64,000 nt of DNA from a virus. Its lineage: Duplodnaviria; Caudoviricetes. Positions within the stretch are counted from its first letter, which is position 1, and the number at the start of each line of letters is the position of its first letter. The position numbers and the translations under genes were made by a program. A model generated the notes under the pieces. That model did no database searches and was not told the DNA's origin. It saw only the letters and a program-made list of their open reading frames with translations. The DNA is taken from the IMG/VR virus record IMGVR_UViG_3300033171_000001, positions 1 to 64,000 of that record, one strand, 5' to 3'. Below are positions 27,116 through 37,186 of the stretch, one piece after another.

Positions 27116-27290
27116 GAAACCAGTCTGCGTGTGGTATAAGCGTCCTATTATTTTAGTATTATATATTGTATTATTTATCTGGTCCTGCTTTAGTTATTTT
27201 TATGAAACGGTAAGTATGCTTTTATTTGGGGATCTGTCTTTGCTTTCGGATTGTGTTGAATATGTAGATGAGGATGATCAGGATGAGTGA
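27102..27290 (+). CDS. small membrane protein
   Basis: Hydrophobic stretch. Confidence 0.5.
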   Translation: MEEIEKPVCVWYKRPIILVLYIVLFIWSCFSYFYETVSMLLFGDLSLLSDCVEYVDEDDQDE

Positions 27291-27786
27291 TTTGGAAACA
27301 GAAAATAGAATGGTCCCTAAGCTGAAAACAACCGATTTACAAAATAATGATCTCGGTATTCTGTTTTGGGATGCAACACATAAATGTTTGGAAACCTGTC
27401 CAATTTATGGAGATTGCCCCTATGCAGGTATTTCCATGAAGTGCGATTTATGCTATCGTTTTCTAAATGAGGTAAAAAATGCAACAGTTGCTTCATTGGA
27501 AAAGAACAGGGCAAAGGAATATCAAAAGCACCTTCTAGGCACAGGAGTATTTGCTCTCTGGACACAGTGGCTTCAGTTGGAAATCATTCGCATATCTCTT
27601 GAGAATCCTGTTTATACAACACCAAAAGGCGAACCAAAGATTCACCCTGTATATAAGGCGCAGCGAGAAGTGTTTAGTTCCTTGAAGAATATGTATGAAT
27701 CAGTGTTTGGAAAAGAAGCCGCACCTAATATTCTCGATGAAATGACAAGTGTAGATAGTTTGGCAGAAGCATTAAGAGAAGAATAA
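27268..27786 (+). CDS. probable terminase small subunit
   Basis: Upstream of TerL; KGEPKIHPVY motif. Confidence 0.55.
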   Translation: MRMIRMSDLETENRMVPKLKTTDLQNNDLGILFWDATHKCLETCPIYGDCPYAGISMKCDLCYRFLNEVKNATVASLEKNRAKEYQKHLLGTGVFALWTQWLQLEIIRISLENPVYTTPKGEPKIHPVYKAQREVFSSLKNMYESVFGKEAAPNILDEMTSVDSLAEALREE

Positions 27787-27806
27787 TTTAACGTGAGGAA
27801 AAAGAA

Positions 27807-28001
27807 ATGAGTAGGCGAGTGGAAATGTCAGAACTCACAGAAATCTATATGGACAAACTAGGCGAGAGTTTGTTGTCTGATGGGTTTCCAGATGAGTTGG
27901 TATTTGAAGATGAATCCGGCGAAGTTGTGAGATATGTATTGGATGATGAAGGATATGGTTCTTACGGGGGATTGAATTTTGAAGAAACAGATGACTTCTA
28001 A
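27807..28001 (+). CDS. small acidic protein
   Basis: 64 aa. Confidence 0.5.
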   Translation: MSRRVEMSELTEIYMDKLGESLLSDGFPDELVFEDESGEVVRYVLDDEGYGSYGGLNFEETDDF

Positions 28002-29949
28002 AGAATATGTTGAACAAAGAGAAAAAATAATTTCGCAATTTGAACGAAATGAAATAAAAGAAGACATATACCACAGAAAACTTCAGGCACTATACGCCAA
28101 GCGAATCCCGCTATATAGAAAGGGCGGGGATGGGTTTGTGCTGTGGGCAGAGGAGAATATTAAAGTGAACGCTTTTATTCCTGGAACATCCGTACAACGC
28201 CCCACCTACCTCGCAGATTTATCCAGAGAACCGGAACCTTCCACCGGAAAATCATGGTGGAGCTTCTGGTGTTGGCAGAAAGAGATATGCAGGGAAGCCT
28301 TAGTATTGGGGGATGACAACAGACTAAAGCATAACCTTGTTATATTTTGCACGGAGCGTGGTGAAGGTAAATCTTTCATGGCGGTTATGATCTTATTATG
28401 GAAGTTCACCGTATTTGCTAACCAAAGAATATTTCTTGCGGCAAACTCTAAAGAACAGTCGGGGTTTGCGCATCGGGAGGAAATGGATAAGATCATAAGA
28501 ATTAGTCCAGTTATTCTTGCCCTGCTTGGGGGAGAAAAAAACATACTGTCTAAAGAATTAGCAATTTATGATAGTAAGGGCCTTAAAATTTCGTTCATTA
28601 CTACCGTTTCTACATTTACAGGTGTACTTTCCAATGCGACGGGGTTTTCCTTCTCTGAATTTTTCCAAGCAAAGCCGGATGCTCCGTTTTTTAACCAAAT
28701 TTATTCATCCATGCGCAACATGCCTAATGCGCTTGGGGTTATTGATTCCACTGTTTCAACAAGGGATCACAAATTATTTAAATTATATCAGCAAGTTCAA
28801 GAAGGGGTTAAAGGAAGTGAAAGCTGGTTCTTTTATTACAAGTGCAACCCCACCGCTGATGTAAACCTGTATAAATCTCCCGCGAACACCCAAAAACAAC
28901 TGGATGCTTTCCAGGCGTCAACAGCGGCCAACCCAGTTGAATTTTCAATGTTCTTTAAGAATACCTGGGAGTCGGCCCAAGCGGGGCTATTTTCAGATAT
29001 TGACATAGAGGCTACACATTATATTGGTGCAGACGGTAAAATAGGTAATCACGAACAAGTTATAAATAGATTAGAAATACTCAATAAGCATAAGAAAGAT
29101 GAACAATATGTTGCGGATAAGGGGTTAAAGTTAAAGCAACGGCCCGAATTACAAGAATTTGACAAAAAGAGTTTAAATTCTTTTGATAAGTACGTCCCAC
29201 AGTTAAATGAAGAGGAATTTACTATATCTGCGGAGGTTCTATCTAATTTATCTGATTTATTTGATACTGACTGGACAATTGGCGTTGGATTGGATAGAAG
29301 TGATCCTTTAGCTATGGCAAGTCGCTCTTCTGCCCAAACAGTCCTTACTTGCGTTGCTAAGGGTTTACCAGGAAGTAGGAGCAATCCATATTTATATTTA
29401 GATACCGGGAATGGAGAACTCTCTTCTCCTGAATACCTACATATTCAATGTGGATTGTATATTGCAAAAAGGTCTACTTCTGATGAGCTTCAACAGGTTA
29501 TTGGGGATTGGCATGATGAGTTTAACGGGGTGGAATCTTTTGCATCAGATAGGTATGGTGTAAGTGATGTAGTTGGGTGGCTTGTTGCAGAGGGTATTGT
29601 TGATAAACCGGAAGTAGTACAATTCTCTACCCAAAAGCAACGAGAGGTTTTCGCTATGTTGTATAATGTTATTCACTATGGTAGATTTAAAAAACCCAGG
29701 ATATATATACCGGGGGCTAAAGAAGTAGATATAGTGGTTGAACAATTGAAGGAGTTTAGTGTCTCATATAATGGTAGGACTGTTAAATACGGCTCGCCGC
29801 AGAAAAGCCGACTCAATGGCGTTCAGGACGATGCTGTAGATGCTTTGGCGATGTGTATTTATGGAATGAGACATTTAGGCATGGACCAATTCAAGGCTAT
29901 AAAAGTTAAAGATTTCTTTGGGACCTACATTTCACCGAGCAGGTATTAA
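27979..29949 (+). CDS. terL: terminase large subunit
   Basis: ERGEGKS Walker A, FSFSE Walker B-like, nuclease GLD...DRYG...DDAVDA. Confidence 0.85.
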   Translation: MKKQMTSKEYVEQREKIISQFERNEIKEDIYHRKLQALYAKRIPLYRKGGDGFVLWAEENIKVNAFIPGTSVQRPTYLADLSREPEPSTGKSWWSFWCWQKEICREALVLGDDNRLKHNLVIFCTERGEGKSFMAVMILLWKFTVFANQRIFLAANSKEQSGFAHREEMDKIIRISPVILALLGGEKNILSKELAIYDSKGLKISFITTVSTFTGVLSNATGFSFSEFFQAKPDAPFFNQIYSSMRNMPNALGVIDSTVSTRDHKLFKLYQQVQEGVKGSESWFFYYKCNPTADVNLYKSPANTQKQLDAFQASTAANPVEFSMFFKNTWESAQAGLFSDIDIEATHYIGADGKIGNHEQVINRLEILNKHKKDEQYVADKGLKLKQRPELQEFDKKSLNSFDKYVPQLNEEEFTISAEVLSNLSDLFDTDWTIGVGLDRSDPLAMASRSSAQTVLTCVAKGLPGSRSNPYLYLDTGNGELSSPEYLHIQCGLYIAKRSTSDELQQVIGDWHDEFNGVESFASDRYGVSDVVGWLVAEGIVDKPEVVQFSTQKQREVFAMLYNVIHYGRFKKPRIYIPGAKEVDIVVEQLKEFSVSYNGRTVKYGSPQKSRLNGVQDDAVDALAMCIYGMRHLGMDQFKAIKVKDFFGTYISPSRY

Positions 29950-29950
29950 T

Positions 29951-30955
29951 ATGGGACGTAAAGCTAAAGGCATAGTAAATGATGACGGCCGCACTTGTAC
30001 TAAGTGTGGCGAATTTAAGGCGTGGAGTGAGTTTAGTATACGTACCATAGGGACACGGGGGAAACAAAGTAAATGTAAATTATGTGTTAATACGTATTAT
30101 GAAGAAAATAGAGATGTTATATTAAAGAATAAAAAAGAATATTATGAAGAAAATAAGGATACTAGAAAGGAATATAACAAACAATATTATGAAGAAAATC
30201 GTGATGCTAAATTAGAATATAACAAACAATATTATGAAGAAAATCGTGATGCTATTTTAGAATATCAAAAACAATACTATGAAGAAAACAGGGATGCCAG
30301 AAAAGAATATGACAAACAATACTATGAAGATAAACGTGATGTTAAATTAGAAAAGCAAAAACAATATTATGAAGAAAATCGTGACGTTGTATTAGAACAG
30401 AAAAAACAATATAGTATCTCCCCTGCTAACTATGGAACATTTAAAAATCAATTAACGCCTTTAGAGTTCCCAAGAGAATCTAAGGAAGGATATTTAGAAG
30501 TTAAATGCGCTACATGCAGGAAATATTTCATTCCAACTAATATACAAGTGCAATGTAGAATACAAGCATTAAATGGAAATATAACAGGGGAACACCGCCT
30601 CTATTGTTCAGATGCTTGTAAAGAATCCTGCTCTGTCTTTGGTCAAAGAAAATACCCCAAAGGCTTCAAGAAACCCTCCAACCGGGAATATTCAACTGAA
30701 TTTCGCAACATGATCCTTGAACGAGATAACTACACCTGTCAAGTATGTAATAATAAATTTGACAAGAAACATTTGCAAGCACACCATATAACTCCTATTA
30801 TATGCAGTCCCATGGAACAAGTAGATATAAAAAACGGAATATGTATTTGTAAAGAATGTCATATAAATCTTCATCTAACACAAGAAGGTATTACTTACGC
30901 AGAGTTGATCAAGGCCGGTAAGAGCAAAGAAGATAAAGATGAAAACGAAGATTAA
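29951..30955 (+). CDS. HNH endonuclease with Zn fingers and seven 15-aa repeats
   Basis: CTKC..CKLC; YYEENRD repeats; RDNYTCQVC..AHHI..NGICICKECH. Confidence 0.85.
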   Translation: MGRKAKGIVNDDGRTCTKCGEFKAWSEFSIRTIGTRGKQSKCKLCVNTYYEENRDVILKNKKEYYEENKDTRKEYNKQYYEENRDAKLEYNKQYYEENRDAILEYQKQYYEENRDARKEYDKQYYEDKRDVKLEKQKQYYEENRDVVLEQKKQYSISPANYGTFKNQLTPLEFPRESKEGYLEVKCATCRKYFIPTNIQVQCRIQALNGNITGEHRLYCSDACKESCSVFGQRKYPKGFKKPSNREYSTEFRNMILERDNYTCQVCNNKFDKKHLQAHHITPIICSPMEQVDIKNGICICKECHINLHLTQEGITYAELIKAGKSKEDKDENED

Positions 30956-30967
30956 AAGGAAACTTAA

Positions 30968-32167
30968 ATGAAAAAACACTATGTGGTAGACACAAACGTC
31001 CTCATTGATTCCCCTCATGCAATTGAATCTCTCAGAAACGGTAAGGACGGCGGCGATACCAATGAGGTTTACCTGCTTGAAACGGTACTTAATGAGGTAG
31101 ATGGCCTGAAGAGGAAAACCACCCTCAAATCCATAGTTCAAAAAGTAGTAGCAAACCTTCATTCCCTTGCAGACGAAATAAATTACTTCGAAAATGAAAC
31201 TGTTTCTACGAATATTTCTGAAAATCCAGATGACAGAATCCTAGCTGGTGTATTAATGGCCGAAGAGGAGTATGACGCTCCGATGATTCTATTAACCAAT
31301 GATAGAGTGCTTCAACTAAAAGCTAATTTTCTTGGTATCCAGGTTGAAGAGTTCAAGGACAGTATTCCCTTTAATAATGAGGAAGATATTAACACTGGAT
31401 TTGTTGAGTCAAAAGATGATTTTAAGTACGTTAACACTTTCTGTTTTGATAATGGGATTCTTCTTTTTAATGGTAAGGATGAAATCAAACCGATTGGATA
31501 TGAGAATAAAGTATGGGCAACCAAACCTAAACACTATACACAGAACGCCGCATTTGAACTTCTCCTGAATGATACTATCGATCTAGTCACGCTTTCCGCT
31601 AGTGCCGGTATGGGGAAAACCCACTGTGCGGTTGCTTCGGCTCTTGATGCTGTTCTGCAAAAGAAGAAGTATGAAAAGATTTATATATTTAAATCAATAG
31701 AAGATGTTGGGCCATCTATTGGTTTCCTTCCAGGGACTATGGAAGAGAAAATCGACCCCTACATGCGCTACATAAAGAGCATGTTCTTTAAACTGCACAA
31801 TATGAGAAAGGGCAATGGAAAAGTATTTCTTGATGATAAAACATTGAATCCAGAATTTGTCGAAATCCTTCCTTTGACATATATTAGAGGCATGAACATA
31901 GATAACGCCTTTGTGATTATTGATGAAGCACAAAACATATCCCGTCTAAATATGCGATCCTTGCTTACTCGTATGGGGGATAACGTGAAGTGTGTCGTAT
32001 GCGGCGACCCTAATCAAGTAGATAATCCTAATCTAAGCAAAGAGAATAACGGCCTCAATTGGTGTGTCAAGTTGTTCAGTGGAGCAGATAACTATGGACA
32101 TATTCAATTAGGCGGCAAGAAAAGTCGTGGACCTATATGTGATTTGGTTCTTGAAAAGAAATTATAG
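30968..32167 (+). CDS. phoH: PIN-PhoH family protein
   Basis: VVDTNVL, NPDDRIL, LLTND; SAGMGKT, YIRGMNI, IIDEAQN, CGDPNQVD. Confidence 0.9.
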   Translation: MKKHYVVDTNVLIDSPHAIESLRNGKDGGDTNEVYLLETVLNEVDGLKRKTTLKSIVQKVVANLHSLADEINYFENETVSTNISENPDDRILAGVLMAEEEYDAPMILLTNDRVLQLKANFLGIQVEEFKDSIPFNNEEDINTGFVESKDDFKYVNTFCFDNGILLFNGKDEIKPIGYENKVWATKPKHYTQNAAFELLLNDTIDLVTLSASAGMGKTHCAVASALDAVLQKKKYEKIYIFKSIEDVGPSIGFLPGTMEEKIDPYMRYIKSMFFKLHNMRKGNGKVFLDDKTLNPEFVEILPLTYIRGMNIDNAFVIIDEAQNISRLNMRSLLTRMGDNVKCVVCGDPNQVDNPNLSKENNGLNWCVKLFSGADNYGHIQLGGKKSRGPICDLVLEKKL

Positions 32168-32183
32168 AAAAATAAGATAAAAC

Positions 32184-32249
32184 TTGACTTTTTGGTTAAA
32201 ATTTGATATAATTCGTGGAAATTCGCGTTTATATCAAATTTTAACCAAA
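32184..32249 (+). promoter_or_regulatory. portal promoter overlapped by a 21-bp perfect inverted repeat
   Basis: TTGACT-N17-TATAAT; arms 32191-32211 and 32229-32249. Confidence 0.75.
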
Positions 32250-32262
32250 TAAAGGATAACCA

Positions 32263-33873
32263 ATGAGCACCCCTAATAAAATGACTGATGAAATGACCTT
32301 CGATCAGCGTCTTGAATATCTGAATACGCTTCCAGACGACCAATTAAGCCAATATCAATTTGCTTTGGTTCTGAATCCAAGTGACCCTACCACCACAGCT
32401 ACTTCCATGCGTACATTCGGAACACCTGACTACAGTTCTTATGGAATAAGGGAATTACAACAGGAACTTTGGCACGCCTTTCAGACAAACCCACAAATTT
32501 CGTCTGCCGTAAGAGACTACGTTGGACGAATGACCGGATATGGGTTTGAAGTTTATTCAGAGATTCCAGAAATTCAAGAAAAGATTGATGAAATCACGTA
32601 TGATTATAGAAACCGCCTTCATTCCTTGCTTCCTAAGTACGTAGGCAGGGCGCAGATTGAGGGGGAGCTATTTCTTGTATTAACTCTTCATAATGACGGA
32701 TTTGTTGAAATTGATTTTCGTGATCCATCCACTCTTGATGTTATTGGATATGATAATAGTGGAATTATTTATCATCCAAGAAAACCCGCCATGCCCATTG
32801 CCTATCAGTTCAAGTATAGTGGAGATGATCTACAGGACCATTATGAGCAGATTCCTAGTATTTACGTAGCAAGGTATCCTGAACTTGTTAATATTCTTAA
32901 ACAGCATGTTAATTATAATCCTGAATATATCAAAGAAAGTGTTGCCTCTACTAAGAAGTATAATTCAGTTGGAGGGTTTAAGCGTTTTGTTGTTCAATGG
33001 GATAAGGGATGGATGACTGCTCGTAATATTTCATATATTCGCACGGTCCTCACCTGGGTGAATCTATACGAACAGTTGAAAACATACGAAATTAACCACA
33101 AGAAGAGTTCCGGTGCATATCTTTGGGTTCTTGAGGCAGAAGACATTAAGACGTTTAGAGCGTGGATGGCTTTGACTGAAGAACAACGTGCTGAAACTGG
33201 TATTATGAAGAAGAAAGATGCAGGGGGAACACTTGTTGTTCCTCCTGGCATGAAGTTGAAGGCTATTAGTCCCACTCTTCCTAAAATATCCGATTCAGAT
33301 ACGGATGTGCTAGATTTTGTAACGTCTGGACTGAACACTACCGAGGACAGTTTGATTGGAAGAAGCAATCGAAACAAATCCTCCCTTTCACAGACGCACG
33401 GAACGCAACGGGATAGAACTTTCGATGAAATAGCTAATTTCGAGCGATTTCTAAAGTTCGACCTTTGGGGTAATGTGTTTTTCCTTGCTTCGGCTGTATC
33501 AGATTTTAAATACGTACATAAAATTAAAAAAGCAGTGGATTTTAATAAAAGTAAGAAACCTGTTTTTAAATTCAAATCATTCAATGCGGAAAGACTTATC
33601 GGCGTTACCTTCCCGCAATCTCACGCCGCCGGAAATGAGGAGACTGTTCGCGCTCTTCTTGGAAGCAAGCACGGTCCTGTTACTAAGTCCCTTGGTATTC
33701 CTGCAAGCAAGGTTGGAGAACTGCTGGGCTTTGGTGATTATCGTAAGTTGCGGTTACAGGCGGCAGAAGAGCAGGCGGCGTACCCTGAGCTAACATACGG
33801 GATGGACGAGGAAGCCGTTCAGGAGAAAGAGGAGGCTGAGAACTCAGTTACGACTCAAGAGAACGAGCAATAA
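32263..33873 (+). CDS. portal protein
   Basis: 536 aa between TerL and the protease; GELFL, LVVPPGMKLK. Confidence 0.75.
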   Translation: MSTPNKMTDEMTFDQRLEYLNTLPDDQLSQYQFALVLNPSDPTTTATSMRTFGTPDYSSYGIRELQQELWHAFQTNPQISSAVRDYVGRMTGYGFEVYSEIPEIQEKIDEITYDYRNRLHSLLPKYVGRAQIEGELFLVLTLHNDGFVEIDFRDPSTLDVIGYDNSGIIYHPRKPAMPIAYQFKYSGDDLQDHYEQIPSIYVARYPELVNILKQHVNYNPEYIKESVASTKKYNSVGGFKRFVVQWDKGWMTARNISYIRTVLTWVNLYEQLKTYEINHKKSSGAYLWVLEAEDIKTFRAWMALTEEQRAETGIMKKKDAGGTLVVPPGMKLKAISPTLPKISDSDTDVLDFVTSGLNTTEDSLIGRSNRNKSSLSQTHGTQRDRTFDEIANFERFLKFDLWGNVFFLASAVSDFKYVHKIKKAVDFNKSKKPVFKFKSFNAERLIGVTFPQSHAAGNEETVRALLGSKHGPVTKSLGIPASKVGELLGFGDYRKLRLQAAEEQAAYPELTYGMDEEAVQEKEEAENSVTTQENEQ

Positions 33874-33890
33874 AAAATTAAAAATAATAC

Positions 33891-33929
33891 AAAATAATGC
33901 TTGACATTTACTTGCGTTTCTGGTATAAT
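33891..33929 (+). promoter_or_regulatory. head-operon promoter; inverted duplicate of 9178-9209
   Basis: TTGACA-N17-TATAAT. Confidence 0.85.
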
Positions 33930-33969
33930 GCCACAAATGGTATGTGACTCAAAACTAAAGGATAAACAT

Positions 33970-35157
33970 ATGAGCAAAATTAAAACTAAAATAAAAGATA
34001 AAGATAAATTCAAAGCAGTACCTAAGTCTGCTCTATCTTTTGTTACTGCGGATGACGCGCATTGTTCTTTTGCCGCCGAAGAGGGTAATGAAGATAATTT
34101 CAAGATGGTGGGGTATAGCGGCGGTATTATTGCTAACCACTGGTATTGGGGGAATCTCATCTTTGATCTCAAGGGGTTTAAATTCAAAGATAAACATCCT
34201 ATCCTTTGGGCGCATGATGATTGGAATATGGATAATATTCTTGGAGTATCAACTAAGCCTAAAATAACTGACGAGGGTTTAGTATATACTGATAAAGAAG
34301 TTACTTTTGTTGATAATGAAAAGGTATCTCAGTTTAAGGAATATTCTAGAAAGGGAGTTCCCTTTCAAGCATCTATTCGTGGAAATCCTACTCGTATTGA
34401 ATATATTGAGGAGGGGGTTTCCGTAGACGTTAATGGGATAAAATTTAATGGACCCGGACATATTTGGCGCGAAACGGAGCTTATGGAATGTTCCGTTTGC
34501 CTGTTCGGGGCTGATAACAACACTTCTTCAGCAGTATTTAGTGAGGCGGGTGGAGACACGGTTGAATTATCGGCCGATATTTTTATTTCCACTGAGAATG
34601 AAAATGACAATCAACAAAAAACGGAGAAAGTTATGGACTACATTACTTTTAAGAAAGAACATCCAGAAGAGGCGCAGAAGTTCGCTGAGCGCGTTCTTGA
34701 GGATGCTCGGACTAAGTTCGATGCTGAAAAGCGCGATCTTATGAAAGAACATGAGGCTAAAGTTACTGAGTTCTCTGCCAAGGTAGAAGAACTGGAAGAG
34801 AAGGTCAAGGCTTTTGAAAAGGAGCAGGTTCTTGCCGAGGAAAAGGCGCGTAAGGAATTTGCCGATAAGACTTGGAATGAGAAGTTGAAGGAAGCCGACA
34901 TTCCTGAGCGTCTACATGAAAAGATTAAGGCTTTTGTTTCCGCTGAAAAGTATGTTGGTGAGAATGGTTTTGACGAAGAGGCTTTTGTAGCCGCCGTGGA
35001 TAAGGAAATCGAATTTTGGGCTGAGACTAAGGAAGAGGCTAAGATTCAGGGTTCTGGTAGTTTTACCAAGAAGCCCGCTGGTGAAAATGAATTTACTGAT
35101 GCCGCTGCCGAAGCTCTTGCAGAAGAAATGCTTGCGCTGGTTGGCGGGAATAAATAA
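33970..35157 (+). CDS. prohead protease/scaffold fusion (ATG 33970)
   Basis: PILWAHD, QASIRG, ECSVCLFGADNNT; C-terminal coiled coil. Confidence 0.8.
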   Translation: MSKIKTKIKDKDKFKAVPKSALSFVTADDAHCSFAAEEGNEDNFKMVGYSGGIIANHWYWGNLIFDLKGFKFKDKHPILWAHDDWNMDNILGVSTKPKITDEGLVYTDKEVTFVDNEKVSQFKEYSRKGVPFQASIRGNPTRIEYIEEGVSVDVNGIKFNGPGHIWRETELMECSVCLFGADNNTSSAVFSEAGGDTVELSADIFISTENENDNQQKTEKVMDYITFKKEHPEEAQKFAERVLEDARTKFDAEKRDLMKEHEAKVTEFSAKVEELEEKVKAFEKEQVLAEEKARKEFADKTWNEKLKEADIPERLHEKIKAFVSAEKYVGENGFDEEAFVAAVDKEIEFWAETKEEAKIQGSGSFTKKPAGENEFTDAAAEALAEEMLALVGGNK

Positions 35158-35168
35158 GGAGTTCCGTT

Positions 35169-35852
35169 ATGGCTATTACCATTCTTGATGTAAATACCTA
35201 CGGTGACACCCCTCAAATTAATCATGGTGTGCAGTACGACCAGCCACACCTCTATACTGATGGGTTCCCGAATGATGCCACTATGTTTGTGTCCCTCAAA
35301 ATGAAGGCCGGTTTCGGTTATATCGAAGCCGGTACTGTCGTTGCCGAGGATGCTAATGGGGAATTTGTTCCCTACGTTCCTACTACCTACACTGATAACG
35401 TAGCCGTTTCTCCGCTGACTGCTAATGCGGTTTACACTGAGGACACCGTTACTGTTTCTGAGGCTGAGTCCGGTAAATTTGCAAAGGGTGATCTTCTTAT
35501 CCTTGCCAATGACGATCCTCTCTATTTTGAAGGCGGCGCAATCACTGACATTACTGTTACTGCTGGTGTTGCTACCATTACCTTCACTAATGCTATTGAC
35601 TCCGCTGAGTACACCACTGCCAAGAACGCCCATGTCTACGTGAAGTCCGGTGCTTCTGGCAAGTTCTCTACTGCGGTTGCTATTCTTGACAAGCCCGTTG
35701 ATACTGGTGTTGGTTCTTCTGCTAAGGGCGCACAGGCTTCTGCCATTATTGCCAACGCTGTTATCTACGCTGCCCCCCTGTTTAATCTTGATGCCGCTGC
35801 TCTTGCTTCTCTCGGTGTAGTGAAGTTCGGCAACCGTGCATATATTAAGTAA
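35169..35852 (+). CDS. head decoration protein
   Basis: Directly before the MCP; AGTVVA; beta-rich. Confidence 0.7.
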   Translation: MAITILDVNTYGDTPQINHGVQYDQPHLYTDGFPNDATMFVSLKMKAGFGYIEAGTVVAEDANGEFVPYVPTTYTDNVAVSPLTANAVYTEDTVTVSEAESGKFAKGDLLILANDDPLYFEGGAITDITVTAGVATITFTNAIDSAEYTTAKNAHVYVKSGASGKFSTAVAILDKPVDTGVGSSAKGAQASAIIANAVIYAAPLFNLDAAALASLGVVKFGNRAYIK

Positions 35853-35863
35853 AGGAGTCTACT

Positions 35864-37117
35864 ATGCCTAAAGGTAATGTAATTCCAGAGCTGCATCTTA
35901 GCACTCTGAACAAGCTCATTGAGAAGGCGCAAACCCCGCCCTCTATGGTGCTTTCCAATAAGTTCCCTGTGTCCAACGCTCTTTCTGATACCATTGAGTG
36001 GGAAAGCCGCTATGGTTCCGCTGGCATGATTCCTTTCGTTGCCCGTGGTTCCCGTGGACCTTCCTTCGGTGATGATGGTGTTGGCAAGCACTCCATGAAA
36101 CCCGCTTACTTCGCTCAAAGCAAGTTCTTTGGCGAAGAGTTTCTTAACAACCTCCGCGAACCCGGAACTGCACAGGCTAAACGCTCTGGTCAGGCTGAGA
36201 TTGCGCGGGCCTCTCAGCGTATGCTTTATGGCGTGCGGAAACGGCGCGAGTTCATGTTTGCCAAGATGCTTTTTGATGGCAGTATGGACTACCACATTAA
36301 GGCTACTTCCAAGGCTCCTGAGTTTGCTTCCGTGTCTTGGGGTATACCGACCTCTCATCAGGTAACTCTCGGTGCTACTGCTCGTTGGTATGGGAGCAGC
36401 AGTGAAATAGCTGATCGTGATGTTTTTGGTGATGTTTTCGACGCTAAAAATACAATGCAGGATTCTCTTGAAATGGAGACTATGGGACTAGAGGCGTATA
36501 TGAATAGCCGCCTTCTCCAGTCGCTGATTAAGGATTCCGGTATTCGCGATCTTGCGCAGACGCAGAATATCTCCGAGGCACAACTGGTGAACAACGCCCC
36601 CGGCGCACTTGCTCAGATTCTCGGCTTCGGTTCTGTTAATGTGTATGATGCGGCTTATCCCGTGTCTTCTCCTCTTGCACAGTCCTACACTTCCGGAACT
36701 ACTATTTATGTAGTTGACCCGTCCGACTTTGTTGTTGGCGGTGACGTTTGGATTAAGAACAGCGTGGACGGCGCAGCCGGTCCTCGTTCCAAGATCACTG
36801 CGGTTAACCATGAAACCGGGGCCATCACCCTTTCCGCCGCTCTCACTGGTGCTACTGGTGTCGCCTTTAAGTCTCAGCTGATGATGCGGAAGTTCTATCT
36901 GGACAGCAACAAGATTGTCTTTATGGTTCCCAAGGTTGATGGTCAGCCTGTTGCGGAGATGATGCAGGCTCCTCATGGTATTCCTTCTACTTATGGTATA
37001 CGTATGCGTAGTTTTATTAAGGAAGCCCCTGATGGAGTGGAGTTGTATACGGAAGATTTATGTCTTCCTGTGCTGTACTATCCTGCTTCAGTGTACCAGC
37101 TTACGGTCGGCCTCTAA
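35864..37117 (+). CDS. major capsid protein (lambda gpE-like) with inserted domain
   Basis: Position; RKRREFMFAKML, LPVLY; strongly biased codons. Confidence 0.85.
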   Translation: MPKGNVIPELHLSTLNKLIEKAQTPPSMVLSNKFPVSNALSDTIEWESRYGSAGMIPFVARGSRGPSFGDDGVGKHSMKPAYFAQSKFFGEEFLNNLREPGTAQAKRSGQAEIARASQRMLYGVRKRREFMFAKMLFDGSMDYHIKATSKAPEFASVSWGIPTSHQVTLGATARWYGSSSEIADRDVFGDVFDAKNTMQDSLEMETMGLEAYMNSRLLQSLIKDSGIRDLAQTQNISEAQLVNNAPGALAQILGFGSVNVYDAAYPVSSPLAQSYTSGTTIYVVDPSDFVVGGDVWIKNSVDGAAGPRSKITAVNHETGAITLSAALTGATGVAFKSQLMMRKFYLDSNKIVFMVPKVDGQPVAEMMQAPHGIPSTYGIRMRSFIKEAPDGVELYTEDLCLPVLYYPASVYQLTVGL

Positions 37118-37135
37118 GAGTAATTGAATAACGGA

Positions 37136-37163
37136 GGGAGGGGATTGTGATATATCCCCTCCC
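37136..37163 (+). terminator. GC-rich hairpin after the MCP
   Basis: GGGAGGGGA/TCCCCTCCC; weak U tract. Confidence 0.5.
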
Positions 37164-37186
37164 TGCTTAAAATAAAAGGAAGCACA

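Noticed and set aside
29951-30420. 45-bp tandem repeats as a CRISPR array
   Set aside because: In-frame coding repeats with no unique spacers; no cas genes in the window
33901-33969. ORF-track N-terminal extension of the protease (similarly 10033-10143 for the recombinase)
   Set aside because: The supposed start is the TTG of the -35 box or lies upstream of the promoter; true starts are downstream
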